This document shows positions 9,314-20,402 of a stretch of 32,000 nt of DNA, in pieces. The first letter of the stretch is position 1. The number at the start of each line of letters is the position of its first letter. The notes under the pieces are model-generated. The model did no database searches. It was not told the DNA's origin and saw nothing but the letters and a program-made list of their open reading frames with translations. This stretch comes from Saccharolobus solfataricus (lineage in GTDB: Archaea; Thermoproteota; Thermoprotei_A; Sulfolobales; Sulfolobaceae): positions 1,230,001-1,262,000 of the forward strand of contig NZ_LT549890.1 of the NCBI RefSeq assembly GCF_900079115.1, given 5' to 3'. A program made the position numbers and the translations under genes.

Positions 9314-10165
9314 ATGAATGCGAAAATACCCATTATTTTAACAGTTATTATTGTAGTCTCTGCGTTCATTGTAGTCTTCGCCAGCACGCATTCGACCACT
9401 CAAGAAAACTCTACGGCTGACGCATTCCACTACACTACATTAGGTGAAATACATACGTACAACATCTCACCTGTAACCAATTTCATCCTATATTATGTTA
9501 ATAATACTAATACAACACTTGCGTTATCACTGGCATCTCAAATAATTGGTAATGGTACAACAAATTTCATATCATTTAATAACACCTTCGCAACAATAGG
9601 CTATTTTAAGGCTTCCACTCCCTTGTCGTCATTTGCATTCACAATAATAAACAAAACGCTAGTGAAAAATGGCTTTATTTACGGTCAATATAATACCTTA
9701 CTTTATGATTATAAGAACACTACCGCGTTTGGATTTGATGGATATTACTTTTATATTATTAAGGACAACGCTAGCGTCAACACTACCCTATTTCTCCTAA
9801 AGTATCTTTACACCTCACAGAAGGTATCTGCACCTCAACCATCCAGCAATGTAATAGCCTATGGTAACACATCTTACGGTAGTTTTCAATTACTTTCATC
9901 AAATAGCCAACTAATATTGAAGGGTACTGGTAACTTCAGTAACGTGACTAAACTTTTGAAGTACTTCAATATAACCATAGGTAACTTTACTGTTGCAGGG
10001 AAAGTTGTTTATAATAACGCTACTGTCGTAATCTATTCAATAAGTGCCACTTACGATAACAAGAGCCTATTCGTGATGATAGGGATAAACAAACAAGAGA
10101 ATTACGGCGTTGCTGTAATATCTCATCAAGAAATAAGCTTAAGCGAGATATTGAAAGAATTATAA
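9314..10165 (+). CDS. N-terminally membrane-anchored extracellular protein, very rich in N-glycosylation sequons
   Basis: N-terminal hydrophobic helix IPIILTVIIVVSAFIVVFAS. More than a dozen N-x-S/T sequons follow (NST, NIS, NNTNTT, NGT, NKT, NAS, NTT, NFS, NVT, NIT, NFT, NAT, NKS). It is divergent from the ABC operon. Confidence 0.6.
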   Translation: MNAKIPIILTVIIVVSAFIVVFASTHSTTQENSTADAFHYTTLGEIHTYNISPVTNFILYYVNNTNTTLALSLASQIIGNGTTNFISFNNTFATIGYFKASTPLSSFAFTIINKTLVKNGFIYGQYNTLLYDYKNTTAFGFDGYYFYIIKDNASVNTTLFLLKYLYTSQKVSAPQPSSNVIAYGNTSYGSFQLLSSNSQLILKGTGNFSNVTKLLKYFNITIGNFTVAGKVVYNNATVVIYSISATYDNKSLFVMIGINKQENYGVAVISHQEISLSEILKEL

Positions 10166-10182
10166 TTTTTTCTTTTTTCTTT
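10166..10182 (+). terminator. oligo-T tract, candidate archaeal intrinsic terminator
   Basis: TTTTTTCTTTTTTCTTT begins immediately after the TAA stop at 10163-10165. Confidence 0.45.
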
Positions 10183-10532
10183 AAAAAAAGAACTGTTTAC
10201 ATTAATATTCTATTATTATTTTGTACCGAGATCAATCCTATTTTATTGAATTAAGGATGCGGAAAGAAATTTCACTCATTTTAAATACTTGCATTCATTA
10301 TCACTGCTTTCAATTAATCATTATATGTACAATTTACGTAAAAAACTATCGTGAAAGCTCAATAAAGCTCAATAAATTTGTAACTTATACTAATATTATT
10401 TAAAACTAACTGTCCATAAATACTATGCCCACTACTCTTTTGCTAACGTAATCTGAAACGAGCTCATAAATGAGTTAAAATTCCTCAAACCTTAGCTATT
10501 TTTTTATACTCTCTAACCAAGGAATATATTAG

Positions 10533-12184
<1,652 letters not shown>

Positions 12185-13486
12185 TTATAAGGATGAAGAA
12201 GAACCTATCTTCCTCACTTGATCCATTGCCCACATCATTGGACAATATCCACCACACATAGTACACGCTTTAACCTTCGGAATACCAAACTGAGTGTAGA
12301 CTTGATAAGCTCTTTGGGGATCTATGAGCCTAGAAATCATATTATCCCACTCTAACTTACCCCTATAATAGCTAACCTCATCATCCCATTTCCTAACTCT
12401 TCTCCCTAACTTAACCACATCACCAGCGTGAGCTGCAATTCTGTAAGCAATTGCCCCTTCCTCAACTTGTTTAACAGTTGGCAATCCCAAATGTTCGGCT
12501 GGAGTCAAATAGCACAATAGATCTGCACCAGCAGCTGATGATATTGCAGCACCTATTGCAGAGGCTATGTGATCGTATGGTGCACCGACATCTATCGGCA
12601 AAGGACCTAAAACATAATATGGTACACCACCAGTTAACTTCTTCATCAATTTCACATCCCATGCTATTTCATTTAATGGTACGTGTCCCGGACCTTCTAC
12701 CATTACTTGCACACCCTCCTTTAACGCACTTTTAACCAGTCTGGCCGTTTCCAAAAGTTCACCAACTTGAAATTCATCATGAGCATCCCCCGTTGCTCCA
12801 GGTCTCAATGCATCACCTAATGAAATCACTGCGTCATATTCCTTAAACATCTCCAGTAAGTAGCCCCAGTGCTTCCTATATGGATTTTCAGAATTATTGT
12901 GTATCATCCAACCAGCTATCATATCCCCTCCCCTTGATACTATTGGAATTATCCTATTGCTCTTCAACGCCCTTATGGCTAATTCCTTAGTTATCCCAGC
13001 GTGAATTGTCATAAAGGCTACTCCATCCTTTAAGTGCTTCTCCACAGTACTCAGTAATTCATCCTCAGTGAAATACGCACCACCAGATTTCTTCTTAAAG
13101 GACTCTATGAAAACTTGATAAACTGGTACTGTACCAACAGGCAATTCAGACGCCCTTATTATCTCCCTCCTTATGTCATCTAAATCACCTCCAGTCGATA
13201 GATCCATTAGTGTGTCTCCCCACCTATTAGCAACCTTTACCTTCTCCAACTCCATTTGTAGATTTACAACTTCATCCGACGTTCCAATGTTTATGTTAAC
13301 TTTAGTGGTCAACCCTTTACCAATTGGCACCAACTTTTTGCTAGGATACTTAGCGTTCCTAATTAGGATTATTTTACACTCACTTATCCTATTTCGCACC
13401 TTCTCTACTGGAATTCCCTCAAGCTTACTAATTTCCTTCATCTCGTCTGTTATTTGGCCACTTCTTGCTTCCTCTATTATGGCCAT
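12185..13486 (-). CDS. thiC: phosphomethylpyrimidine synthase ThiC (radical SAM)
   Basis: 433 aa. Conserved blocks MTIHAGI, VSRGG and [10 protein letters not shown], plus the C-terminal CX2CX4C cluster [10 protein letters not shown]. Confidence 0.92.
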   Translation of the reverse strand: MAIIEEARSGQITDEMKEISKLEGIPVEKVRNRISECKIILIRNAKYPSKKLVPIGKGLTTKVNINIGTSDEVVNLQMELEKVKVANRWGDTLMDLSTGGDLDDIRREIIRASELPVGTVPVYQVFIESFKKKSGGAYFTEDELLSTVEKHLKDGVAFMTIHAGITKELAIRALKSNRIIPIVSRGGDMIAGWMIHNNSENPYRKHWGYLLEMFKEYDAVISLGDALRPGATGDAHDEFQVGELLETARLVKSALKEGVQVMVEGPGHVPLNEIAWDVKLMKKLTGGVPYYVLGPLPIDVGAPYDHIASAIGAAISSAAGADLLCYLTPAEHLGLPTVKQVEEGAIAYRIAAHAGDVVKLGRRVRKWDDEVSYYRGKLEWDNMISRLIDPQRAYQVYTQFGIPKVKACTMCGGYCPMMWAMDQVRKIGSSSSL

Positions 13487-13621
13487 AAGAAATATTCATA
13501 TAAGTGAGTTATAAACCTTACTATATACTATAAGATGGGAGAATCTCCTAGTAGCTAGAACTATTCAATTTGAATCATCACTACGTAGTATTTTTCATCC
13601 TTCTCCTCTATTGTGAACAAT

Positions 13622-13815
13622 AATTTTGTTAATTTAGTATTAAGTCATATACAGCATTAGCTTATTTTCAATTCAGCATACGATTTAGATGTTGAAAGAG
13701 GAAGAGAAAATCTAACAATTCTTAATCTTCATCAAAATTTTCGTTACACAGTTACTACTTAACGAGAGTGGTTTGAAGGAAGAATTTAAACTTAAAATGA
13801 GAGAAACTGTTGTCC
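13622..13815 (+). repeat. copy A of a 170-190 bp intergenic sequence family, oriented toward the nurA-like gene
   Basis: By-eye alignment to 17232-17067 (reverse complement) and 20403-20600. Shared core TTTTCAATT..CATA.GATTTAGATGTTGA. Block GGAAGAATTTAAACT (13778-13792) is identical in copy B. Confidence 0.75.
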
Positions 13816-13833
13816 TCACTCTATGGTGTAAAA

Positions 13834-13847
13834 ATTTTATTTATATA
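13834..13847 (+). promoter_or_regulatory. TATA-box-like element for the nurA-like gene (leaderless mRNA predicted)
   Basis: ATTTTATTTATATA lies about 20-30 nt upstream of ATG 13866. No Shine-Dalgarno-like sequence lies between them. Confidence 0.4.
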
Positions 13848-13865
13848 GAAAACTAATGATTATGT

Positions 13866-15038
13866 ATGAATTGGAAAGTAACAATAAAAAATACTATTGA
13901 GGAATTAGCGAAGCTCAAAAAAGATGTTAAAATAGAGAACGAGGGAGATCCAGAACATGAACTATCTGATGCAGAAGATAAAGTTATGAAAATAGAGTTG
14001 GAGGAAGAGTTTAAGCCAACGATGTACTCCTTATACGAATTTAAATCACTTAACGATAAAAGAATAGCGTCAATAGACTCCTCATCAAGGTATTTGAGGG
14101 ACTTCTCAGTTAACACATGTCTTATCGGTCTTTCAGTATATAGTAATAGAGAAGGTTTCATAGATGGTCCCTTTACTGTAGATATCCCATATATCGGAAT
14201 CAGTAGTTATAGGGAAATATTGGAAAGCTTAAAAATTGATGACATTAACGTTAGGTACAAGAATGTAGTGAACTACTATTACGTTAACGAGCCTAATAAC
14301 GAATATAAAATCGACGATATTGCGGATGAGTTGAGATTAGAAGCGGAAAACGTTGGGCTTAAAAGGGTTATTCAGAACCACGATATAGTTATTATTGACG
14401 GTCCAATATACCCAACACCATTGGAGCTAACTGAGGAAATAAACTTAGAGACAGAAGCTAGGAGAAAGCATAGATTAGCTTATGCCAAGCTAGTAAATGA
14501 GAGAATAGAATTACTAAACAATAACGTAATTGGAGTAGTGAAAAGATTAGAGAATTCAAAGAAGCTTTGGAGAGTTAAGGAAATTAATGAAACAATAGGT
14601 AACGTTAAAAGGATGAAGGACGTAACGATTATTGAACTAATAGACGAGCGTCTTTGTAGGAAAAACTATGAGTACGTATGCACTATAGGCCCATTTAAAA
14701 TTGAATATGCCCTAGAGGTTAAAGATGAAGATGGGAGAAATGTTATAGAAAAAGTTCCAACTAAGTACGCTTATTATGTCATCATTAGAAAAAAGTACTT
14801 CCCACCAACTTTTCTGAGAATAGAGAGTACTAATAAGAACCTAGACATCTCTCCAGTTTTATCTAGACTAACGGAGAGACTAATGCCCACTTACATTGAA
14901 ATCGTTGATAGGAGAAGTAAGAGAATATCGGCATCACTCTTTTTATACGCATACGAGATTGCCTCCAATTACTTAAACATCATTCACGACGATAAAATGG
15001 GCTACCTTAGCGTAATCTCACAGTTCACCTCTGAATAG
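13866..15038 (+). CDS. NurA-like nuclease domain protein (paralog, not in an mre11/rad50 context)
   Basis: NurA-like acidic motifs [20 protein letters not shown] and [10 protein letters not shown], with the expected order and spacing. It is paired with a HerA-like ATPase. Confidence 0.6.
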   Translation: MNWKVTIKNTIEELAKLKKDVKIENEGDPEHELSDAEDKVMKIELEEEFKPTMYSLYEFKSLNDKRIASIDSSSRYLRDFSVNTCLIGLSVYSNREGFIDGPFTVDIPYIGISSYREILESLKIDDINVRYKNVVNYYYVNEPNNEYKIDDIADELRLEAENVGLKRVIQNHDIVIIDGPIYPTPLELTEEINLETEARRKHRLAYAKLVNERIELLNNNVIGVVKRLENSKKLWRVKEINETIGNVKRMKDVTIIELIDERLCRKNYEYVCTIGPFKIEYALEVKDEDGRNVIEKVPTKYAYYVIIRKKYFPPTFLRIESTNKNLDISPVLSRLTERLMPTYIEIVDRRSKRISASLFLYAYEIASNYLNIIHDDKMGYLSVISQFTSE

Positions 15039-16815
15039 TCTTTATGGGAACCTCACTGAAATATATGGAATACACTATGGCCAATCCCGGTGTTGCATGC
15101 CTTAGAAAATCCTCATATTCCTCCAACCCTAATCTCCTCAGTACATGACTCTCATTTCTCATAACGACTTTAGTATTGGTAAGTTGAAGAACCAAGGGAT
15201 TTAAGTCCTCGGGGACATGAGTGGCTAAAACTACCCCTATGTTCCTAACCCTACCTAGCCTCATTATCCTATTTATTAACCCCTCTACAATGTCCTTTGA
15301 TACATTCTCTTGATCAGTCTGCGGGAAGTACTCGTGGGCTTCATCCATTATTACCAAAGTTAACTTAGTCGTCTCCTTCATCTTATATAGTTCATCCTTC
15401 CAGTTGAAGAAATCCTCTAGAAGCTTATACGCTATAGTGGCAACTGCCTCTATTGACGCTGATCTATTCATAACCCAACTTAAATCCACTACTACATCAC
15501 TATATGACGAAAAAACGTCTTTAGGCTTAAAGTCCACAGTACCGGGCACGGTGAAAATACCGTAACTATCATAAGCCTTTAAGGTTCTTAAAATGGCCTC
15601 TTTAGTCTGGTAGGGAACATCAAGGCGTTTCATAGCCTCTTCGAAAGCCTTCCCCATATTAATGGTCAACATCTTTTTACTCCCATCATAAGAGGAAAAT
15701 TGTTTAGATTTAGATCCAGAGACCATCTTCAAATCGTAAAACCCGCTGATCTTTCCAAGTAGGGATCCCGGGGTTAGTCTATCTCGTAGGAAATCGCTTA
15801 GCTGATCTTCGTAAAAGGTCTGTTTCTTATCAGCTAGCTCATAAAGGTCATATCCAATTATTTCAAACATGTTATTCACAATGGCCTCCCAATACATTGA
15901 AGCCTTTGGAGTGAAATACGGAGTAATCTTATTGAAATTTTTTAGAACAGAATAGAAGTTTATTGAATAGGGTATGAGGAATACCTCTGATCCATTACAT
16001 TCCTCTAAAACTCCATCCTCTTTAACGTCTAGTATATTATCACAATCATACCAATTGGCGAATTTTTCGGCGTGATCCTTTAGCGATATCGATCTTGAAG
16101 CCTCCTCAACTACTGGCATAATTACCGCAAATCCCCTTCTCTTTTCAATTAAGTAGTTAATGAAATCCCCTTGCCTATCGAAAATGAAAGTACCCTTATC
16201 GATTTCCTCACTGCTTATCATACTTTTTAACAAAGTAGTTTTTCCAGACCCAGTTGTGCCTAAAATTAACGTATGATGCCTTAGCGTATATTCGTCAAGT
16301 CTAACGCTAGCATCAGTCTCCTCTCCTCCTGAAAATATTTTGCCTATAGTTATGCCCCTACTTGGAATATTCAAGATCTTTTCTATTAAATCGTGGTTTG
16401 GAATGAAGACTGGACTTTGAGGATCAACTGGAGAAACTGGTGGTCTTATTTTTCCGTTCTCAATCTCAGCAATTGGCTTTAGCTCCACATAAGTTGTGGT
16501 AATAATGGTTGTTGGATCCTTAGGATAGCTCAATTCCCTAATTCCTAACTTAGATAGGGCATCAGCCCTTGTTATGGCACGAACTTGTCCTAAAATTGTA
16601 ACTGGCCTAGTTATACTTCTAATGGCTAAATATTGACCTTTCTTTACATCGGAGTTTAGATAATCCTCAAACGCTATATCAACACCAATCAACTCATTAT
16701 CCTTAAGGCTAACACTCTCAAATCTAGTTATTCTACCAATTAGTTTACCGAATTTTTTCGCATCTGCTTCAGCTTCGTTTAGTTTATCCCCTAACTTCTT
16801 TACTAACTCTTCCAC
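15025..16815 (-). CDS. HerA-like (DUF87/FtsK-HerA superfamily) hexameric ATPase
   Basis: N-terminal HAS-barrel-like region (GRITRFES...GQYLAIRS...[10 protein letters not shown]). Walker [15 protein letters not shown]. Walker [16 protein letters not shown]-terminal block [24 protein letters not shown] start. Confidence 0.85.
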   Translation of the reverse strand: MEELVKKLGDKLNEAEADAKKFGKLIGRITRFESVSLKDNELIGVDIAFEDYLNSDVKKGQYLAIRSITRPVTILGQVRAITRADALSKLGIRELSYPKDPTTIITTTYVELKPIAEIENGKIRPPVSPVDPQSPVFIPNHDLIEKILNIPSRGITIGKIFSGGEETDASVRLDEYTLRHHTLILGTTGSGKTTLLKSMISSEEIDKGTFIFDRQGDFINYLIEKRRGFAVIMPVVEEASRSISLKDHAEKFANWYDCDNILDVKEDGVLEECNGSEVFLIPYSINFYSVLKNFNKITPYFTPKASMYWEAIVNNMFEIIGYDLYELADKKQTFYEDQLSDFLRDRLTPGSLLGKISGFYDLKMVSGSKSKQFSSYDGSKKMLTINMGKAFEEAMKRLDVPYQTKEAILRTLKAYDSYGIFTVPGTVDFKPKDVFSSYSDVVVDLSWVMNRSASIEAVATIAYKLLEDFFNWKDELYKMKETTKLTLVIMDEAHEYFPQTDQENVSKDIVEGLINRIMRLGRVRNIGVVLATHVPEDLNPLVLQLTNTKVVMRNESHVLRRLGLEEYEDFLRHATPGLAIVYSIYFSEVPIKTIQR

Positions 16816-16835
16816 AAATATAAAAAATGTAAGTG

Positions 16836-16846
16836 AAAAATTAAAG
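16836..16846 (-). promoter_or_regulatory. TATA-box-like element for the herA-like gene (leaderless from GTG 16815)
   Basis: On the minus strand CTTTAATTTTT spans -31 to -21 relative to the GTG start. Confidence 0.4.
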
Positions 16847-17066
16847 CATTTTCGTCTTCAAACTATAGATATGCTTAGTAGATCTGTTGAATATTTTTCC
16901 ATTCAATTAATGATAAGATGTACAATTTATGTTTGCTATCTCTCTTAACTCTTAGTGGAAATTCAACAATTCCACAAGAAGCAGTGTAGATGAGGAAAAG
17001 GATCAAGAACTATAACTTTGTTCATGTCTTTATACATTTGACTCGTTTGTTTTCTTGAAACTAAAT

Positions 17067-17232
17067 GTGAATGGCAATTTCATTCATTTCAGACTCAGTT
17101 TAAATTCTTCCGAACTACATTAGTTAAGTGCTTTAATTGTGTGACAAAATCCTTGGCAAATGGTTTAAAATTGTTACATCCTCTCCTCGTCAACATCTAA
17201 ATCTTATGTTAAATTGAAAAATAACGAATACC
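17067..17232 (-). repeat. copy B of the intergenic sequence family, oriented toward the herA-like gene
   Basis: The reverse complement reads TTATTTTTCAATTTAACATAAGATTTAGATGTTGACGAGG...GGAAGAATTTAAACTGAG... It aligns with copy A over its whole length (3 mismatches and 1 gap in the first 33 core columns). Confidence 0.75.
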
Positions 17233-17429
17233 TTTTATGGCCGTTGTTTTACACACTCCTTAGAAATACTTTAGCCTTACCCTCTCTCTTTTTTGAAATA
17301 TTTTCTTTGTCATGATAATAAAGAAGATAAAGGGAGTAGTGGTGTCATTTCCTTCAGAGAGGATAATGAGGGAGATAGTAGAAGAGTTAAAGGAAGATGA
17401 AAGCAAGAACAAGAAGTGAATTAACTTTT

Positions 17430-19109
17430 TTATTGTCCTCCTTTTTCTTTTTTCCATTTTTCTATTAATCTATTAAATTTATTTATATTATCTGGATTTA
17501 GTGTCCCTATAGTGGATCTTAAAACTTCAACGAACTTATATATATCAGAATTGTTGTCATCAAGACGGGAATATATATCCAGCGCTGTCTTTAAGCTAGC
17601 CGGTGAGATATTAAACTTTATTACCTTATCTTCTTTTTCATTTAGATTAACTCTAAGATATTTTACAAGATCCTTAACTTTATTCTTAAAGTCCTCACTA
17701 AAAGAAGCGTAAGTTTTAAGAAATTCATCTAAATCTTCGGTTTCTTTCGGATAATCAAAGTAAATTATCACGAACCTTCTTGCCAGCGCATCTCCAACAT
17801 AAAACAGATTTCTAGCATCGACTAAGTTTATTGTAGCAATAATTCGTATTCTTTTTAATGGTTCATTCTCTCTACTCTCCCTCTTTAACTTCTCATATAT
17901 TTCTAAGAAACTCTTGGTTACATTATCTATATTATCTCCATAACTCTTAATTTCCTCTATTAGAGCATTGGGAATTGACCATTCGCTAGGATATGGAGTA
18001 GAAAATATTGTCATTAATTCTCCAAATGCCTTATCAACGTCAGCCCTATTCAATTCATCAATTACGACGTAATAGTTCCCATCCTTTATTCTTGCAGCAT
18101 TTACGTAAGCTTCAATGAAAAGCCCGCTCTTCCACATTACAGATCCCTCTCTTATACTTTCTCCTCCTATCAAATTCCTTCTAAACCAAAGTGAATTGGC
18201 AGTAGCTACTTCATAACAGTTATCATTATTACCAGTTAAAGCTCTCACAGTCCTTATAGCTAAGCTAGTTTTTCCAGTACCAGGTGGGCCAGCTAGGAGT
18301 ACATTAGTAGTTTGTAGAGCTTTCAGTATAATGTTAACTGAATCTTGAGGAATATAGAAACCATTAAGATCTATTTGTGCGTTTTTATTACAAACTACTT
18401 CCTCTGATAGGTATTCTTTCTGAGTACTGAAACGAAACTTAGAATAAAATTCTAAAGTAGACCTAATTTCCTCTTTCTTCGATAGAATAAATTGTTGAAA
18501 AGCTTTAACTGCATCATTATTGTCTTCTGTATAGCATTGGTTTGATTGATTATTAACCCCTTCTAACTTATAATCTTCTCCCACCCATTTATTACTGTCA
18601 TTATAGTTTTTTCTTATGCTTTCGTGAAGCCAAAATATTTTTATTCTAAATCTTACTATCCAGACTTTGTCACCTTCCTTCCATCCTTTAAAATTCCTCA
18701 TCGCGTCCTTTGTGATATCCGTTACTACTCCGAATCCAATAATGCCTAGCTCTTTTGTTCTTAGAAGGGCTACCAGTATTTTATCGTTCTTAATTTCTAT
18801 TTTATTTTTATTCTCTGTATCATTTTTCTTATCTTTTCTCTTCTTATCTTCTCCAAAATAGATTTCGTCATACCTGTTTAAAATGCTACTAATATTGCTA
18901 CGATTTTCAGCCGAAGCACCCCATAAAGTATATCCTAATTCTCCATAAAAAGAATATTTTATAGATTCTACCCAATGAGATTTTTCACCTATAAAGAAGC
19001 AAGGAACAAAATTTCCTTTTTCAATATAATCGAGAAAAGTTTGCGCACTATCTTGAGAGTCTAGTAATTTTTTGAACTTGTCTCTGACTACTAACCAATC
19101 ACCATACAC
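17430..19109 (-). CDS. McrB-like AAA+ GTPase with a distinct N-terminal (possibly PUA/EVE-like) domain
   Basis: Walker A LLAGPPGTGKTSLA. McrB-type Walker B/sensor block YYVVIDELNRADVDKAFGELM. NxxD-type motif ATINLVDAR. The roughly 230-aa N-terminal region (FFIGEKSHW...LWG...LGIIGFGVVTD...GDKVWIVRFRIKIFW) has a PUA-like pattern, interrupted by a K/N-rich insert. GTG start. Confidence 0.85.
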   Translation of the reverse strand: MYGDWLVVRDKFKKLLDSQDSAQTFLDYIEKGNFVPCFFIGEKSHWVESIKYSFYGELGYTLWGASAENRSNISSILNRYDEIYFGEDKKRKDKKNDTENKNKIEIKNDKILVALLRTKELGIIGFGVVTDITKDAMRNFKGWKEGDKVWIVRFRIKIFWLHESIRKNYNDSNKWVGEDYKLEGVNNQSNQCYTEDNNDAVKAFQQFILSKKEEIRSTLEFYSKFRFSTQKEYLSEEVVCNKNAQIDLNGFYIPQDSVNIILKALQTTNVLLAGPPGTGKTSLAIRTVRALTGNNDNCYEVATANSLWFRRNLIGGESIREGSVMWKSGLFIEAYVNAARIKDGNYYVVIDELNRADVDKAFGELMTIFSTPYPSEWSIPNALIEEIKSYGDNIDNVTKSFLEIYEKLKRESRENEPLKRIRIIATINLVDARNLFYVGDALARRFVIIYFDYPKETEDLDEFLKTYASFSEDFKNKVKDLVKYLRVNLNEKEDKVIKFNISPASLKTALDIYSRLDDNNSDIYKFVEVLRSTIGTLNPDNINKFNRLIEKWKKEKGGQ

Positions 19110-19133
19110 AAAAAAGGGTAGGTAGTCTTGTAT

Positions 19134-20339
19134 TTAAATGTGTTCTTTCATTATCTTATCGATCTTCGATAAATTATTTTCATCTGACTCCAAAGGATCG
19201 ATGATAATCATATATAATAAATGACTATTATACCAAAAGTCTAGTATTCCGCTTTTTGCTCTGGCAATCCCATCCAATTCCATTGTAGCCTCATCTTCGT
19301 TATCGAAGTTAATTTGTTTAATTTCCAATCCAGGATAAACTAATACTGCTAATGAAGGATCATATTCATAAGTATAAGCCATAATTTTGAATCTACCCAT
19401 TGTAATATAACTAACTTTAGATGAGTACTTACATTCAAAGATAATCGGCCTTTCGTTAACAAGAGAAATATCCGGTCTTCCCTTATATTTCTCTATATCC
19501 TCTATATAATCAACCTTTCTTAGAGAGGATTGGCTAAGTGAGGCATTAAATATTATACTTAACCTCCTATTACCTCTTATAGCTATATATTTCTCTTCCT
19601 CCTTCTTTATTTCATAACCTTTAGATTCAAGGTAATTTACTACTAAGTAGAATACATAAAGCTCATATAATTTCCACATGATGAATTTTATTAATTTCTT
19701 GTTTATAGGCCTCTTGGGTGTCCTTATCCCTACCTTAATTTCCTCTAATTCTTTAGCCGTATAATACGCTTTGTATGCTCGTAATAACCAATCTGGGTCA
19801 GTATAGGACGGATCTCTAAAATAACCATCCGGAAATTCCTCCTTGATTTTATCGAGCTGAGAAAAAGTCTGGTCGAAATCATCCAAAAAATTAAAGTAAC
19901 GAGGTACTTGTTCTTTTCTTACTTCAATTTTACTTCGTTTTTCCTTAATAATGGAATAAATTCTTCTCGTAATATAGCCTAAGATTCCATATTCTGGAGC
20001 ATTATATCCCTCGGTAAAGCTATGATAGGCTACCAAACCCATAGAGTATACCGGAATACTTAGGTCTACATTCAACTCACCATAAAGGTCATTGGAGTAT
20101 TCAATTGAAAATTCTCTATAGGTTAATCTACTCTTTTTTGCATCCTCTGCAGATCTTACTACACTAGCTGTTATTAAGTACATAAGGTAATAATAAATAT
20201 ATGATAGTGTATAGTCATCTAGAGGGACTTCCTCAGTTCCATTAAAAGTTGAGAGCAACTTTTCAACATCTAAGATCCCCTTATATTGTAGATAATAACT
20301 TCCAACCTTTTTTAGAAGCGCCCTATCTCTCCTATTCAC
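19134..20339 (-). CDS. McrC-like PD-(D/E)xK nuclease subunit
   Basis: The C-terminal half carries YELYVFYLVVNYLE, then GRPDISL...RPIIFECKYS (a PD...ExK catalytic motif) and FKIMAYTYEY, matching McrC layout. It ends 24 nt upstream of the McrB-like gene on the same strand. GTG start. Confidence 0.65.
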   Translation of the reverse strand: MNRRDRALLKKVGSYYLQYKGILDVEKLLSTFNGTEEVPLDDYTLSYIYYYLMYLITASVVRSAEDAKKSRLTYREFSIEYSNDLYGELNVDLSIPVYSMGLVAYHSFTEGYNAPEYGILGYITRRIYSIIKEKRSKIEVRKEQVPRYFNFLDDFDQTFSQLDKIKEEFPDGYFRDPSYTDPDWLLRAYKAYYTAKELEEIKVGIRTPKRPINKKLIKFIMWKLYELYVFYLVVNYLESKGYEIKKEEEKYIAIRGNRRLSIIFNASLSQSSLRKVDYIEDIEKYKGRPDISLVNERPIIFECKYSSKVSYITMGRFKIMAYTYEYDPSLAVLVYPGLEIKQINFDNEDEATMELDGIARAKSGILDFWYNSHLLYMIIIDPLESDENNLSKIDKIMKEHI

Positions 20340-20358
20340 ATAAACTAATATGTTCTGG

Positions 20359-20367
20359 AATATTTAA
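20359..20367 (-). promoter_or_regulatory. TATA-box-like element for the mcrC-like/mcrB-like operon
   Basis: On the minus strand TTAAATATT spans -28 to -20 relative to GTG 20339, consistent with a leaderless transcript. Confidence 0.4.
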
Positions 20368-20402
20368 CCATAGATTCCTAAGTCATCATAAGTATGAATA
20401 AC

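Noticed and set aside
10221-10403. 60-aa ORF and a 10-bp tandem repeat AAAGCTCAAT x2.3 (10354-10376) in the spacer upstream of 10533
   Set aside because: The ORF starts at a non-ATG codon and looks like translated AT-rich spacer. The tandem repeat is only about 23 bp and has no evident partner or structure.
12471-13514. ORFs 12471-12662(-), 12478-12735(+) and 13173-13514(+) overlapping thiC
   Set aside because: These are shadow ORFs inside or antisense to a confidently identified thiC gene. Their translations are low-complexity with no recognisable motifs.
13487-13620. Possible TPP riboswitch in the thiC 5' region
   Set aside because: Reading the minus strand upstream of thiC shows none of the conserved TPP-riboswitch elements (no CUGAGA or ACCUGAUCUGGAUAAUGCCAGCG-like segments) and no obvious multi-stem structure. 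Crenarchaeal thiC genes are not known to carry this riboswitch.
13666-13698. Resemblance of the repeat core (TTTTCAATTC...GATTTAGATGTTGAAAG) to Sulfolobales CRISPR repeats ending in ATTGAAAG
   Set aside because: Only the terminal TTGAAAG and about half of the 24 positions match the remembered repeat consensus. No second repeat lies at spacer distance in any copy, and no cas genes or leader are in the window. It is treated as coincidence within an AT-rich conserved element.
17260-17457. 65-aa minus-strand ORF overlapping the 3' end of the McrB-like gene
   Set aside because: The sequence is low-complexity (KRKRR..., FLFLLSSSF), it overlaps the McrB-like stop region, and no independent signals support it. 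The opposite-strand 35-codon ORF is reported separately as a low-interest observation.
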